A DNA stretch of 64,000 bases from a virus (lineage: Duplodnaviria > Caudoviricetes), in IMG/VR virus record IMGVR_UViG_3300028797_000124, positions 1 through 64,000 of that record. One strand, written 5' to 3'. The position numbers were made by a program, and so were the translations under genes. Shown one piece after another: positions 28,965 through 36,901 of the stretch. Position 1 is the first letter of the stretch. Every line of letters starts with the position of its first letter. A model generated the notes under the pieces. That model was not told the DNA's origin and ran no database searches. It saw only the letters and a program-made list of their open reading frames with translations.

Positions 28965-29630
28965 ATGACAATGGGCAAAAGAGGAAATGAATTCTTAACA
29001 CCTGACGTGCGGGAATTCGTAACGGAAGCTTTCGATTATTTGGCGATACTCGAAAAGTGTTCAATCAATCATTCTGCAAACAGGGGATTGTTGGAGCAGA
29101 TTGCGAACGGATTCGTCAAGTATGGTTCGACCGACAACTTCATCAAGAACATCAATGCTTGGGTAAAGTCTGTGTGTAAGATATATCCCGAGCTTAAGTT
29201 CGATCATGACACAAATCAAATATGTGCAACTATTGATCTCCATGATCAGTTCATCATTCTTGATGACGAACTTATGAATGACCTCATGCCAATTATTGAA
29301 GTTCAGAAAAAGTATGGACTTCTGATACGTTGGAAGAGTGCATCAGCAAAGATTGATAGAACAGCGCCACTCTCTCAGTTCTTTGAATATATTGAGACGA
29401 GGTATCCTGTAATCAAGGACAGGTACAAAGGTCTCGGTTCATCAGATGCTGGAGTATCAAAGGAGGTTATCATGGATCCAAGAACCAGAAGAATCGTTCG
29501 CGTTTCAATGGATGATCCTGATACTTTCAGAAGACTGGGAGTGTTAGTAGGTAAGAGTAAGGATGAGGTTGAAGGTCGTAAAGAACTGCTTATGAACTTC
29601 AAGTTCACAGAGGATATGATAGATAACTAA
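28965..29630 (+). CDS. gyrB: Type IIA topoisomerase B subunit, C-terminal part
   Basis: DRYKGLGSSD..VIMDPRTRRIVRVSMDD..LVG..VEGRKELL matches the GyrB tail QRYKGLGEM..TMDP..RRL..V..D..LMG..VE.R. Has its own SD AGGAGGT. Confidence 0.85.
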   Translation: MTMGKRGNEFLTPDVREFVTEAFDYLAILEKCSINHSANRGLLEQIANGFVKYGSTDNFIKNINAWVKSVCKIYPELKFDHDTNQICATIDLHDQFIILDDELMNDLMPIIEVQKKYGLLIRWKSASAKIDRTAPLSQFFEYIETRYPVIKDRYKGLGSSDAGVSKEVIMDPRTRRIVRVSMDDPDTFRRLGVLVGKSKDEVEGRKELLMNFKFTEDMIDN

Positions 29631-29648
29631 TTAAGGGGGCACACGGAG

Positions 29649-31661
29649 ATGCTTATGAATTATAACACGGATACAGACGTCAACGAAACTACTTTCGATG
29701 ACCTTAAACAGTATCAGGAAATAACCGATCCTGAACTCGTAAAGGAACTTGTGGGTTCTCCGGTTATACTGGATCACTTCACAGGAGACGAAGAGTTCGA
29801 TCGTCTGTTCAACCACACAGTTGATGTTGCTGCACTGTGCTGGGGCAATGTAGATAAAAACGGCATCAAACTCCAGAGGACTCCAATCCTTTTCAAAGTC
29901 AATGACGAAGAGAAGACCACAAGAGTCCTCCCCCTTAACAAGTTTATGATATCACTCACATTCTTGAGATGTATCATAAGATATATCGACAATCTCAATG
30001 TTGATGACTTCATAATCACTGGTCAGTATCTTACAGAGAAAGACCGTGAAGCCATACACAACAGAACCGCAAAGACCCTGCGTGAGTATTCACACACCAC
30101 AAAGGAAATTGAAAAGATCATTGCTCAGTGTGCGCTTGATCTCAAGATGCTTAATAACGTATTCTCATATGCCGACATGATGATATTTGATGCTGATAAT
30201 CTCTTCCTTGATCATTACAAAGCATCTGAGATAATACGTGAAATAAACAATACCGAATATCCACCTACGGCTCAGACTGCTGAGATAGTTGCTGAGAATG
30301 CTAAGAAGTGTAAGATACTTATAGCTGAGATGACTCGTCTGAATAATCCTCTCTTCCGTGCAAATAAGTACGTTAAGATTATAAAGGATAAACAGCTCGA
30401 AGAACTACTCATCAATTTCTCACAGATTCCTGACGGCGAGAACATTATCCCTGTAATCATGAATGGTAACGGCTTCAAAGCAGGATATCACGACATGGAA
30501 GTTTTGTATGCTGCTGCAATTGCTGCCCGTGTTCCAGACATGATGAATGGAAAGTATATGGGTAAGACCGGTTACTTTGGAAGAAACATGTGGATACTCG
30601 ACTACGGCACAGTATCAAGAACAGTATACGACTGTGGTTCCAAGAACCTGCTTCCGGTTACCATCGATGAAGTTGAGCTCGAAATGAAGGAAGGAAGATT
30701 CTATTCCGAAGATCCTTCAGGTGATAGACTCAAGGTTCTCAAGAAAACAGATACGCATCTTATCGGCAGAAAGCTCTGGTTCAGATCACCGTGTACTTGT
30801 AATCTGCTTGAGGATTGCTGTCATACTTGCTATGGTACAATCGCACTCAAGGTAGGTGAACTTCCAGGTGGTTTCATATATACTACTGAGATTATGACAG
30901 GTATCATCGGTCAGAGAATTCTGTCAGCTAAACACTTATTGAAGACGGATTCGGAGCCAGTTGAGATGACAGGTAATTTCAACGACTGGTTTACATTCGT
31001 CAATTCATCAATTGTTCCTATCGATACTAAGAGATTTGATATCTATATCAAGGATGATTATGCAGATAACATTTCTGAGAATATCACATTCTATATCGGT
31101 AAGGATCTTAAACCCGTAACAATCGGACACTACGCAAATGCCTACGTCCCTGATGAGCTGCTGAAGGATATGAAGGATGTGTACATTGGTGAGGATCTCT
31201 ATCACAAGATCTCATCATACAAGGTACTTGATTCAGGTCTTCCGATCTGTGAAATCACACCTATCAATATCATGATGACAGCCAAATACTTCAACCTCAA
31301 CAGACTCTTTGAATCCAATATGTCCAAATATACATCATTTGAAGAAGTGGTATCAACGCTCACACATCTTCTTCATAAGACAATTCCGATTCTCTCCGTA
31401 CATGGTGAGATCATAATTGGACATCTTGCAAGAAGACCTGATAACAAACTTCTCAGACCGAACTGGCTCAATGAGAATGAACCTTATCAGCTGTTGAATC
31501 TGAAGGATGCTCTCAGAAACACAGAATCAATCACACAGGCACTGGCATTTGAGAATACTCGTCATCATCTGTTGTATCCTATATTTGATGAGAGAAACAA
31601 GATCAATCGTGTAGGTCCGATATCATTCACAGATTTCTTATTCGGAGAGGAAGTATTATAA
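29649..31661 (+). CDS. Phage multisubunit RNA polymerase, beta' C-terminal part (probably non-virion RNAP)
   Basis: Bridge helix KTGYFGRNM, YDCGS, Zn site FRSPCTC..CHTCYG, trigger-loop equivalent GIIGQRILSAKHLL, and HGEIII. Confidence 0.88.
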   Translation: MLMNYNTDTDVNETTFDDLKQYQEITDPELVKELVGSPVILDHFTGDEEFDRLFNHTVDVAALCWGNVDKNGIKLQRTPILFKVNDEEKTTRVLPLNKFMISLTFLRCIIRYIDNLNVDDFIITGQYLTEKDREAIHNRTAKTLREYSHTTKEIEKIIAQCALDLKMLNNVFSYADMMIFDADNLFLDHYKASEIIREINNTEYPPTAQTAEIVAENAKKCKILIAEMTRLNNPLFRANKYVKIIKDKQLEELLINFSQIPDGENIIPVIMNGNGFKAGYHDMEVLYAAAIAARVPDMMNGKYMGKTGYFGRNMWILDYGTVSRTVYDCGSKNLLPVTIDEVELEMKEGRFYSEDPSGDRLKVLKKTDTHLIGRKLWFRSPCTCNLLEDCCHTCYGTIALKVGELPGGFIYTTEIMTGIIGQRILSAKHLLKTDSEPVEMTGNFNDWFTFVNSSIVPIDTKRFDIYIKDDYADNISENITFYIGKDLKPVTIGHYANAYVPDELLKDMKDVYIGEDLYHKISSYKVLDSGLPICEITPINIMMTAKYFNLNRLFESNMSKYTSFEEVVSTLTHLLHKTIPILSVHGEIIIGHLARRPDNKLLRPNWLNENEPYQLLNLKDALRNTESITQALAFENTRHHLLYPIFDERNKINRVGPISFTDFLFGEEVL

Positions 31662-32704
31662 TGAAAGACTTCGACATGGGCCCGCTTTTCGGCATGCTCA
31701 AACCAAAGTTCCGAGTAATATCTACTGCATTAGGAGAGGAGTTCAACCCCACAGAAGGGGTTGACTTCTTCTTCGACTTGAATTCTATTGTAACCGCGCT
31801 GGCAAACTCAAACAAATTCCTGAGCAAGCTCCCGTTCTCAGAGGGATGTGAAATGGATATCATTTCCAATACTCTCGGAATATTGCTCCATTGGAAAAAG
31901 TTTGCTCGCAATCTCACAGATGTTAGATATTTCATTATCGTAAATGATATGCAGATATCAGCACTGGCCGAGAAAGATGCAATAAAGAATTATCTGACAC
32001 CTTTCGTCAAGAAGATGGATGGAGAAAGATACAAGCAGTTTGTATATTATTGGAATGAAGCAATCAAACGTATCGAGATAATTCTCAAATACGTTCCATC
32101 TGCATACTTTGTCAGATGTGATAAGTTCGACTCATATGTTGTACCCAACCTCATGTGGGATTATGAACACACCAACAGACATCGCGTCATCGTTACCTCA
32201 AATCCTTTCTTCACTAACTATGTTTACATGAAGAATGCACACATCTTATATTCCAGATATAATGGATATAAGATCAATCAGCTGTTTGAACCGGCTATGA
32301 TAGTACAGGCTGTATCAAAGATCGATGAAGATGTTATGACGACCTTTATCAAGAATAGAGTATTCTACAATATTCTGTCGGAAATAATTGGTGACTTCGA
32401 TCGTGGAATCATCGGACTCACTCAGCTTGGATTATCTACGTTCGCTGCAGATTTATTGAGGGCAGTTGAAAGACACGAGGTTCCTGAGAACCCGTCATCA
32501 ATCGAGAGTGTCCTCCCGGTTATCAAACCAACGTTTCATGATTATCTCAGGAGAGCATATCCTCTTGTAGATATACCATCACATACAAACATGATCAAAC
32601 CGTCGATGATTGAAAAAGTCAAGAGTAATCTTGTTGACTTATATGATATCGATGGATTATCCCAGATCAATGTTGAGGGAATGAATCTGTTGGAACTTCT
32701 GTAA
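31661..32704 (+). CDS. Possible FEN/T4 RNase H-like 5' nuclease-fold protein
   Basis: PIN-like first strand FFFDLNSIV; H3TH-like IIGDFDRGIIGLTQLG. Confidence 0.45.
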   Translation: MKDFDMGPLFGMLKPKFRVISTALGEEFNPTEGVDFFFDLNSIVTALANSNKFLSKLPFSEGCEMDIISNTLGILLHWKKFARNLTDVRYFIIVNDMQISALAEKDAIKNYLTPFVKKMDGERYKQFVYYWNEAIKRIEIILKYVPSAYFVRCDKFDSYVVPNLMWDYEHTNRHRVIVTSNPFFTNYVYMKNAHILYSRYNGYKINQLFEPAMIVQAVSKIDEDVMTTFIKNRVFYNILSEIIGDFDRGIIGLTQLGLSTFAADLLRAVERHEVPENPSSIESVLPVIKPTFHDYLRRAYPLVDIPSHTNMIKPSMIEKVKSNLVDLYDIDGLSQINVEGMNLLELL

Positions 32705-32706
32705 TG

Positions 32707-32744
32707 TGTGGGGGCATTTTAGCCCCCTCATATTCTTTTCTTTT
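32707..32744 (+). terminator. Intrinsic terminator
   Basis: GGGGC-ATTTTA-GCCCC stem followed by a T-rich tract. Confidence 0.65.
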
Positions 32745-32749
32745 GTATG

Positions 32750-32794
32750 TATATTATTAACTTGATACCTGTCCAATGAAATCTTTAGGTATCA
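32750..32794 (+). promoter_or_regulatory. Putative early promoter motif + hairpin
   Basis: TATATTATTAA at 32750-32760; TGATACCT/AGGTATCA stem at 32763-32794. Confidence 0.7.
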
Positions 32795-32811
32795 GAAAGG
32801 ATGTTTATACC

Positions 32812-33408
32812 ATGTATAAAATTATCAAAGAAGAAGATCTGATCCCGATGTTTACATCGATCGATGAATTCATCAATGACTGGGACACACAATTGGAGAT
32901 AACGAATCGTGCGTTCTACAGATACCATGAAGAGGTTCTTTCTAAGATATCCTCGCATGAATTTATGGATATCACAGAACGTTTGAATCTCTCAAATTAC
33001 ATCACAACTTCAGAAGACATTCGTAGAAACTTGGAAGTTTATAAAGGTATCTTCGAAGATATTAATGAACTCTTCAAGAAAGTCAAAGTATATTATACTC
33101 TGAGAGAGTGCATGATTCCCGAATCATTTTCGGATGCCCGCAAAATGAACATGCACAAAGTATCAATCATTCCAAATGGATCTTATATTGATCTGATAGA
33201 AATTAAGATAATGCCCGGTGACACCATTCAAATCGATGTTTGGAAGAAAATCGGAAAGCAGATTGTAACCGATTATGTGCATGGTGGATTAATCGAGGCT
33301 GATGAAGTGAAGCACTATGTTCAGATGTGCACAACCAACATGATCGTGGCAACTGTTCAGGAGATGGTTGAAACAATGGCAAAAAATTATCCGGAGGAAA
33401 TAAAATGA
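32812..33408 (+). CDS. Hypothetical protein
   Basis: Start MYKIIK behind SD AAAGGA. Confidence 0.7.
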   Translation: MYKIIKEEDLIPMFTSIDEFINDWDTQLEITNRAFYRYHEEVLSKISSHEFMDITERLNLSNYITTSEDIRRNLEVYKGIFEDINELFKKVKVYYTLRECMIPESFSDARKMNMHKVSIIPNGSYIDLIEIKIMPGDTIQIDVWKKIGKQIVTDYVHGGLIEADEVKHYVQMCTTNMIVATVQEMVETMAKNYPEEIK

Positions 33409-34685
33409 AGAAAGAAACAAGAAATGCGGTCATTGGAGGATTGGCCATGTCTGCAATATCGGGAGTATTCAATCCAATAATTCAGGCTGGTTCAAAGGCG
33501 GTTGTTGATAAGCTAACGCACACGATTGCTATCAACGATTACGCTTATGCGTTGGAAGCGGGGTTGGGACACTTCTTCAAAGACATCGAGGATGTGTTCT
33601 ATCTCAATAACAACAACGAACCTGATTTCCGCAAAAACATTTCATATTATAATATGACTCCAACGCCTCAGAAACAGACGATTTTGTGGGGCGGTTACCC
33701 AATCACATTTTCAACAAATGTGAACAAAGAAGGTGATAACAACAACACAAGATGTGGAATGTCGTTGTCAACTATAAACACACCCGGTGCCATCAAGAAC
33801 TTGAAACGCTTCATGAAGGTATGCCATAAGATACAGCATGAACGTGAAATCAAGAATGTTCGCGATGAGGTATCCGTATACGGAACCGGCAGACATATGG
33901 ATCTTGTCAGATTCTATCTCAAGCCGTTTACAAAGCGAACATTCCAGAATACGTTCATCCCATCTGATCAGGAAACACTCATAAAGGAATCATTAGATAA
34001 GTTCGTTTCCAAAAGAGACTGGTATAAAGAAAATCATATCCCTTACCATTTCGGATTCCTTTTATATGGCAAGGGTGGAACCGGTAAATCCACTTTGGCT
34101 CAGGCGATTGCAGATTATATCCATGCCGAGCTGATAGTATTTCCAGGTGATGCTATCTCAGAACTGCCGAAATATATCGGTACAGACATCTGCAGAGACA
34201 CAGTCGATTCATCAATATACAGAGTCGTATGTATTGAGGACGTGGACTGTGGTTTTGCCCAGGCCAGGATGACATCTGTATGGGATGATGAAGAAGAAAA
34301 AGAAGTTAAGCGCAAAGTGGGACTGGCTGAGATACTTAATTGTATTGACGGTCTCCAGGCTCCTCAGAATACCATATATGTGTTCACTACGAACCATATG
34401 GAGAAACTGGATCCAGCTTTGATACGTCCTGGAAGATGCGATGTCAAGCTGGAAATCCCAGGTGTCACATACGACACTTTCAAAAAGTTCGCCGTATATC
34501 ATTATGGTGAGGGAGCTGACACATTCATAGATGATCACTTCATCAAGGACTTCAGAGTAGACTCTGAAATTACATTCGCTGAACTTCAGACAGATGTAAT
34601 GAAGGGCAAAACTCTGGGTGATATAGCTATGAAAGTTATGCAGCCCACAACACCATACCCAAGAACAGGAGGATTTAGATCATGA
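33405..34685 (+). CDS. BCS1-like AAA+ ATPase
   Basis: DKFVSKRDWYKENHIPYHFGFLLYGKGGTGKS, IEDVDC, GLAEILNCIDGL, VFTTNHMEKLDPALIRPGRCD; N-terminal hydrophobic segment. Confidence 0.85.
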   Translation: MKKETRNAVIGGLAMSAISGVFNPIIQAGSKAVVDKLTHTIAINDYAYALEAGLGHFFKDIEDVFYLNNNNEPDFRKNISYYNMTPTPQKQTILWGGYPITFSTNVNKEGDNNNTRCGMSLSTINTPGAIKNLKRFMKVCHKIQHEREIKNVRDEVSVYGTGRHMDLVRFYLKPFTKRTFQNTFIPSDQETLIKESLDKFVSKRDWYKENHIPYHFGFLLYGKGGTGKSTLAQAIADYIHAELIVFPGDAISELPKYIGTDICRDTVDSSIYRVVCIEDVDCGFAQARMTSVWDDEEEKEVKRKVGLAEILNCIDGLQAPQNTIYVFTTNHMEKLDPALIRPGRCDVKLEIPGVTYDTFKKFAVYHYGEGADTFIDDHFIKDFRVDSEITFAELQTDVMKGKTLGDIAMKVMQPTTPYPRTGGFRS

Positions 34686-34882
34686 AAAAACTTATCAAAA
34701 TCGTATTAATTCTCGGAGGAGTTATCATCGGCGGTTATACTATCGCCGCACTCTTAGCAGTTCTCAGCAAGCGTGAAGAAGACGATGATGACGTTGAATA
34801 TTGTAACTACGATGATCTCGAGTGCATGCCCGGCGTTAACGGAGTTTCACTCTCAGACGATATTGATATCGATGTGGAGTGA
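34682..34882 (+). CDS. Small membrane protein
   Basis: One N-terminal TM helix and an acidic tail; ATGA overlap with the AAA gene; SD AGGAGG. Confidence 0.7.
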   Translation: MKKLIKIVLILGGVIIGGYTIAALLAVLSKREEDDDDVEYCNYDDLECMPGVNGVSLSDDIDIDVE

Positions 34883-34887
34883 TTTCT

Positions 34888-35154
34888 ATGAACATAGAAG
34901 ATTTCAGAAAAATAAAAGCTGATAGGGGTGAAAGTGCCAAATACGGTAATCTCTGCTGGTATTGCAGATTCAATTGTTCAACAAAAGAATGCAATAAACA
35001 CGGCCATGATTGTGACAGCTTTATTGAAATGGACAATTCCGTTAAAAGAGCATACACGTATCAAGCATTCAAAGAACTGAAAGAATCGTATAATGATTCT
35101 CTCAATGAAGCACACAATACTCTCAGTAAATTGACCAAAGGTTATTGTCACTGA
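34888..35154 (+). CDS. Small Cys-rich hypothetical protein
   Basis: CWYC..C..C..C cluster. Confidence 0.6.
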   Translation: MNIEDFRKIKADRGESAKYGNLCWYCRFNCSTKECNKHGHDCDSFIEMDNSVKRAYTYQAFKELKESYNDSLNEAHNTLSKLTKGYCH

Positions 35155-35180
35155 AAGCTACTATTTCCTTTCTGCATATA

Positions 35181-35223
35181 TATATTATTAATATGCACAC
35201 CTAACAAATATATTGCGTGTGCA
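35181..35223 (+). promoter_or_regulatory. Putative early promoter motif + hairpin
   Basis: TATATTATTAA at 35181-35191; TGCACAC/GTGTGCA stem at 35194-35223. Confidence 0.7.
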
Positions 35224-35257
35224 AGAAAATAAATAAAGTGTAGAAAGGAAGAGCTTT

Positions 35258-36052
35258 ATGCTTAACAAAAGAAATCATTCAAATTTAGAAATCCAGGTTG
35301 CCTCATCGGAGGTATTTCTGGACGCGGTATCCTTCTTCAGCAAAGCTGGAGTAAAGTTCATAAACAAGAAACGTGACCATAGATATGGATTGTCAATCTT
35401 AATAGATGACAGCCTGAAGCGCCCTGTGATCATCACCCCTTTCAGATATGCCATGAGTAGAAACGCTCTTGCGTACCTCTATGTGGAATTGATTAAAGGC
35501 GAGCGATTCGGTGGTGCTCGCCGCATCCAGTATCTGATAAGAGTAATAAACAACCTGATCAAAGATGGATACCGCAGAGGTTCAATGTTGTCTTTCAACA
35601 TTGAAACAGGAAAGAACCGTCTGAGATCATTTGAGGTTCTCTCTATCTTCTTTAACATCGCAGAGAGGGCTTTAACATATTCCATCGGGGGAGAAATAGA
35701 ACATCTTGGTGATATCTATTCACTCCTCGGTGGAGAAACAGGTGCATATCAGTTCTTCAAGGAAGTATTGCTTGCAACGGAAGCAAGCATACCCGAACTT
35801 GAGGACACATGTGATAAACCAGTGATTGGACATATTTCAGATATTAAATGTTATACTTGCAAATATTGCAAGTGTGACAAAGATGGGGTCAGAACATGCA
35901 CAAAGGTTGCGACCTATGTTGACCCCAAGAAATATGGTGAGGATCCCAATCATTATGGTGACGCTCACCACAGTGATGACTGTGAAGGTCTTGTGTCCAC
36001 AGTTATCGATTCGAGGATGGACACCTGCGACAATTACGTGTCCAGAATCTAA
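35258..36052 (+). CDS. Hypothetical protein with Cys-rich C-terminus
   Basis: 264 aa; CYTCKYC..C..C..C near the end. Confidence 0.7.
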   Translation: MLNKRNHSNLEIQVASSEVFLDAVSFFSKAGVKFINKKRDHRYGLSILIDDSLKRPVIITPFRYAMSRNALAYLYVELIKGERFGGARRIQYLIRVINNLIKDGYRRGSMLSFNIETGKNRLRSFEVLSIFFNIAERALTYSIGGEIEHLGDIYSLLGGETGAYQFFKEVLLATEASIPELEDTCDKPVIGHISDIKCYTCKYCKCDKDGVRTCTKVATYVDPKKYGEDPNHYGDAHHSDDCEGLVSTVIDSRMDTCDNYVSRI

Positions 36053-36152
36053 GCTACTTAATAAACCAATGATGGAAATACCGTGAGCAAGGTATATGCA
36101 TCATTGAAGACTCGACCACGGACAAGTGAGAGTATAAACTTATGAAGAATTG

Positions 36153-36188
36153 AGGGGGCGGACAAGCCCCCTATAAATTCTTTTTTTG
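36153..36188 (+). terminator. Intrinsic terminator
   Basis: AGGGGGC-GGACAA-GCCCCCT with a T run shortly after. Confidence 0.7.
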
Positions 36189-36216
36189 TATTAATATTGT
36201 TCCTTTATAACGCCGA

Positions 36217-36230
36217 AACGTTTCCATAAT
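36217..36230 (+). promoter_or_regulatory. Putative late promoter of adsorption operon
   Basis: AAC-GTTTCCA-TAAT upstream of the SD. Confidence 0.45.
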
Positions 36231-36254
36231 GATACTTTGAAAGGAGATGTTATT

Positions 36255-36458
36255 ATGGCGCGAAATCAAGAAACGCCCGTAACATTCATGCTTCCCGATA
36301 ATGATCAGGTTGATCTGATTACGTGGGAATTTGTATTGAAACAACTTGATGAGTTGACTGCTACTACTCTGGAGAAAATGATGCAGAGTAACACTCATCT
36401 CAAAAATATTGCTAATAAACTTGAGTCATTTATTGACGATGGTGGAGAGGAGGAGTAA
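36255..36458 (+). CDS. Small hypothetical protein (structural operon)
   Basis: Start MARNQ behind SD AAAGGAG. Confidence 0.7.
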   Translation: MARNQETPVTFMLPDNDQVDLITWEFVLKQLDELTATTLEKMMQSNTHLKNIANKLESFIDDGGEEE

Positions 36459-36461
36459 TTT

Positions 36462-36872
36462 ATGGCACAGGATTTTTTCTCAAGATTGCTTGCTATTGAA
36501 ACCGAAAGAGAAGCACAGTTGAAACGAATCTGGGAAGCAATCGAACAGCTGAAGATTGGTTCTGGTTCTGCTTCAATCGAAGACTATGCAACTGATAAGT
36601 TCTATAGAAGAAACACTCTCTTGGTTGATCCTTTAACTGAGACCGTATATAGAACAATACCAAAAGATGGATTTACATCAACTACACTCGAACAAGATAG
36701 AGAGGCCGGTAGACTTAAGCTCGTTGGTTTCGAATCTCAGTTCGTTACATTCAACCATCAGCCTACTCAGGGCGAAATCGATACATTGCCTGAGGATGTA
36801 CTCGTTGCGATTTACTCGCCTCAGGACGATCCTTACACGCCCGCTCTTTCAACTGATAATTTTGAAGGTTAA
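36462..36872 (+). CDS. Hypothetical protein (structural operon)
   Basis: 136-aa ORF with SD GAGGAG. Confidence 0.75.
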   Translation: MAQDFFSRLLAIETEREAQLKRIWEAIEQLKIGSGSASIEDYATDKFYRRNTLLVDPLTETVYRTIPKDGFTSTTLEQDREAGRLKLVGFESQFVTFNHQPTQGEIDTLPEDVLVAIYSPQDDPYTPALSTDNFEG

Positions 36873-36901
36873 TTTTATTTTTGTAATAAGGAGGTGATAT
36901 T

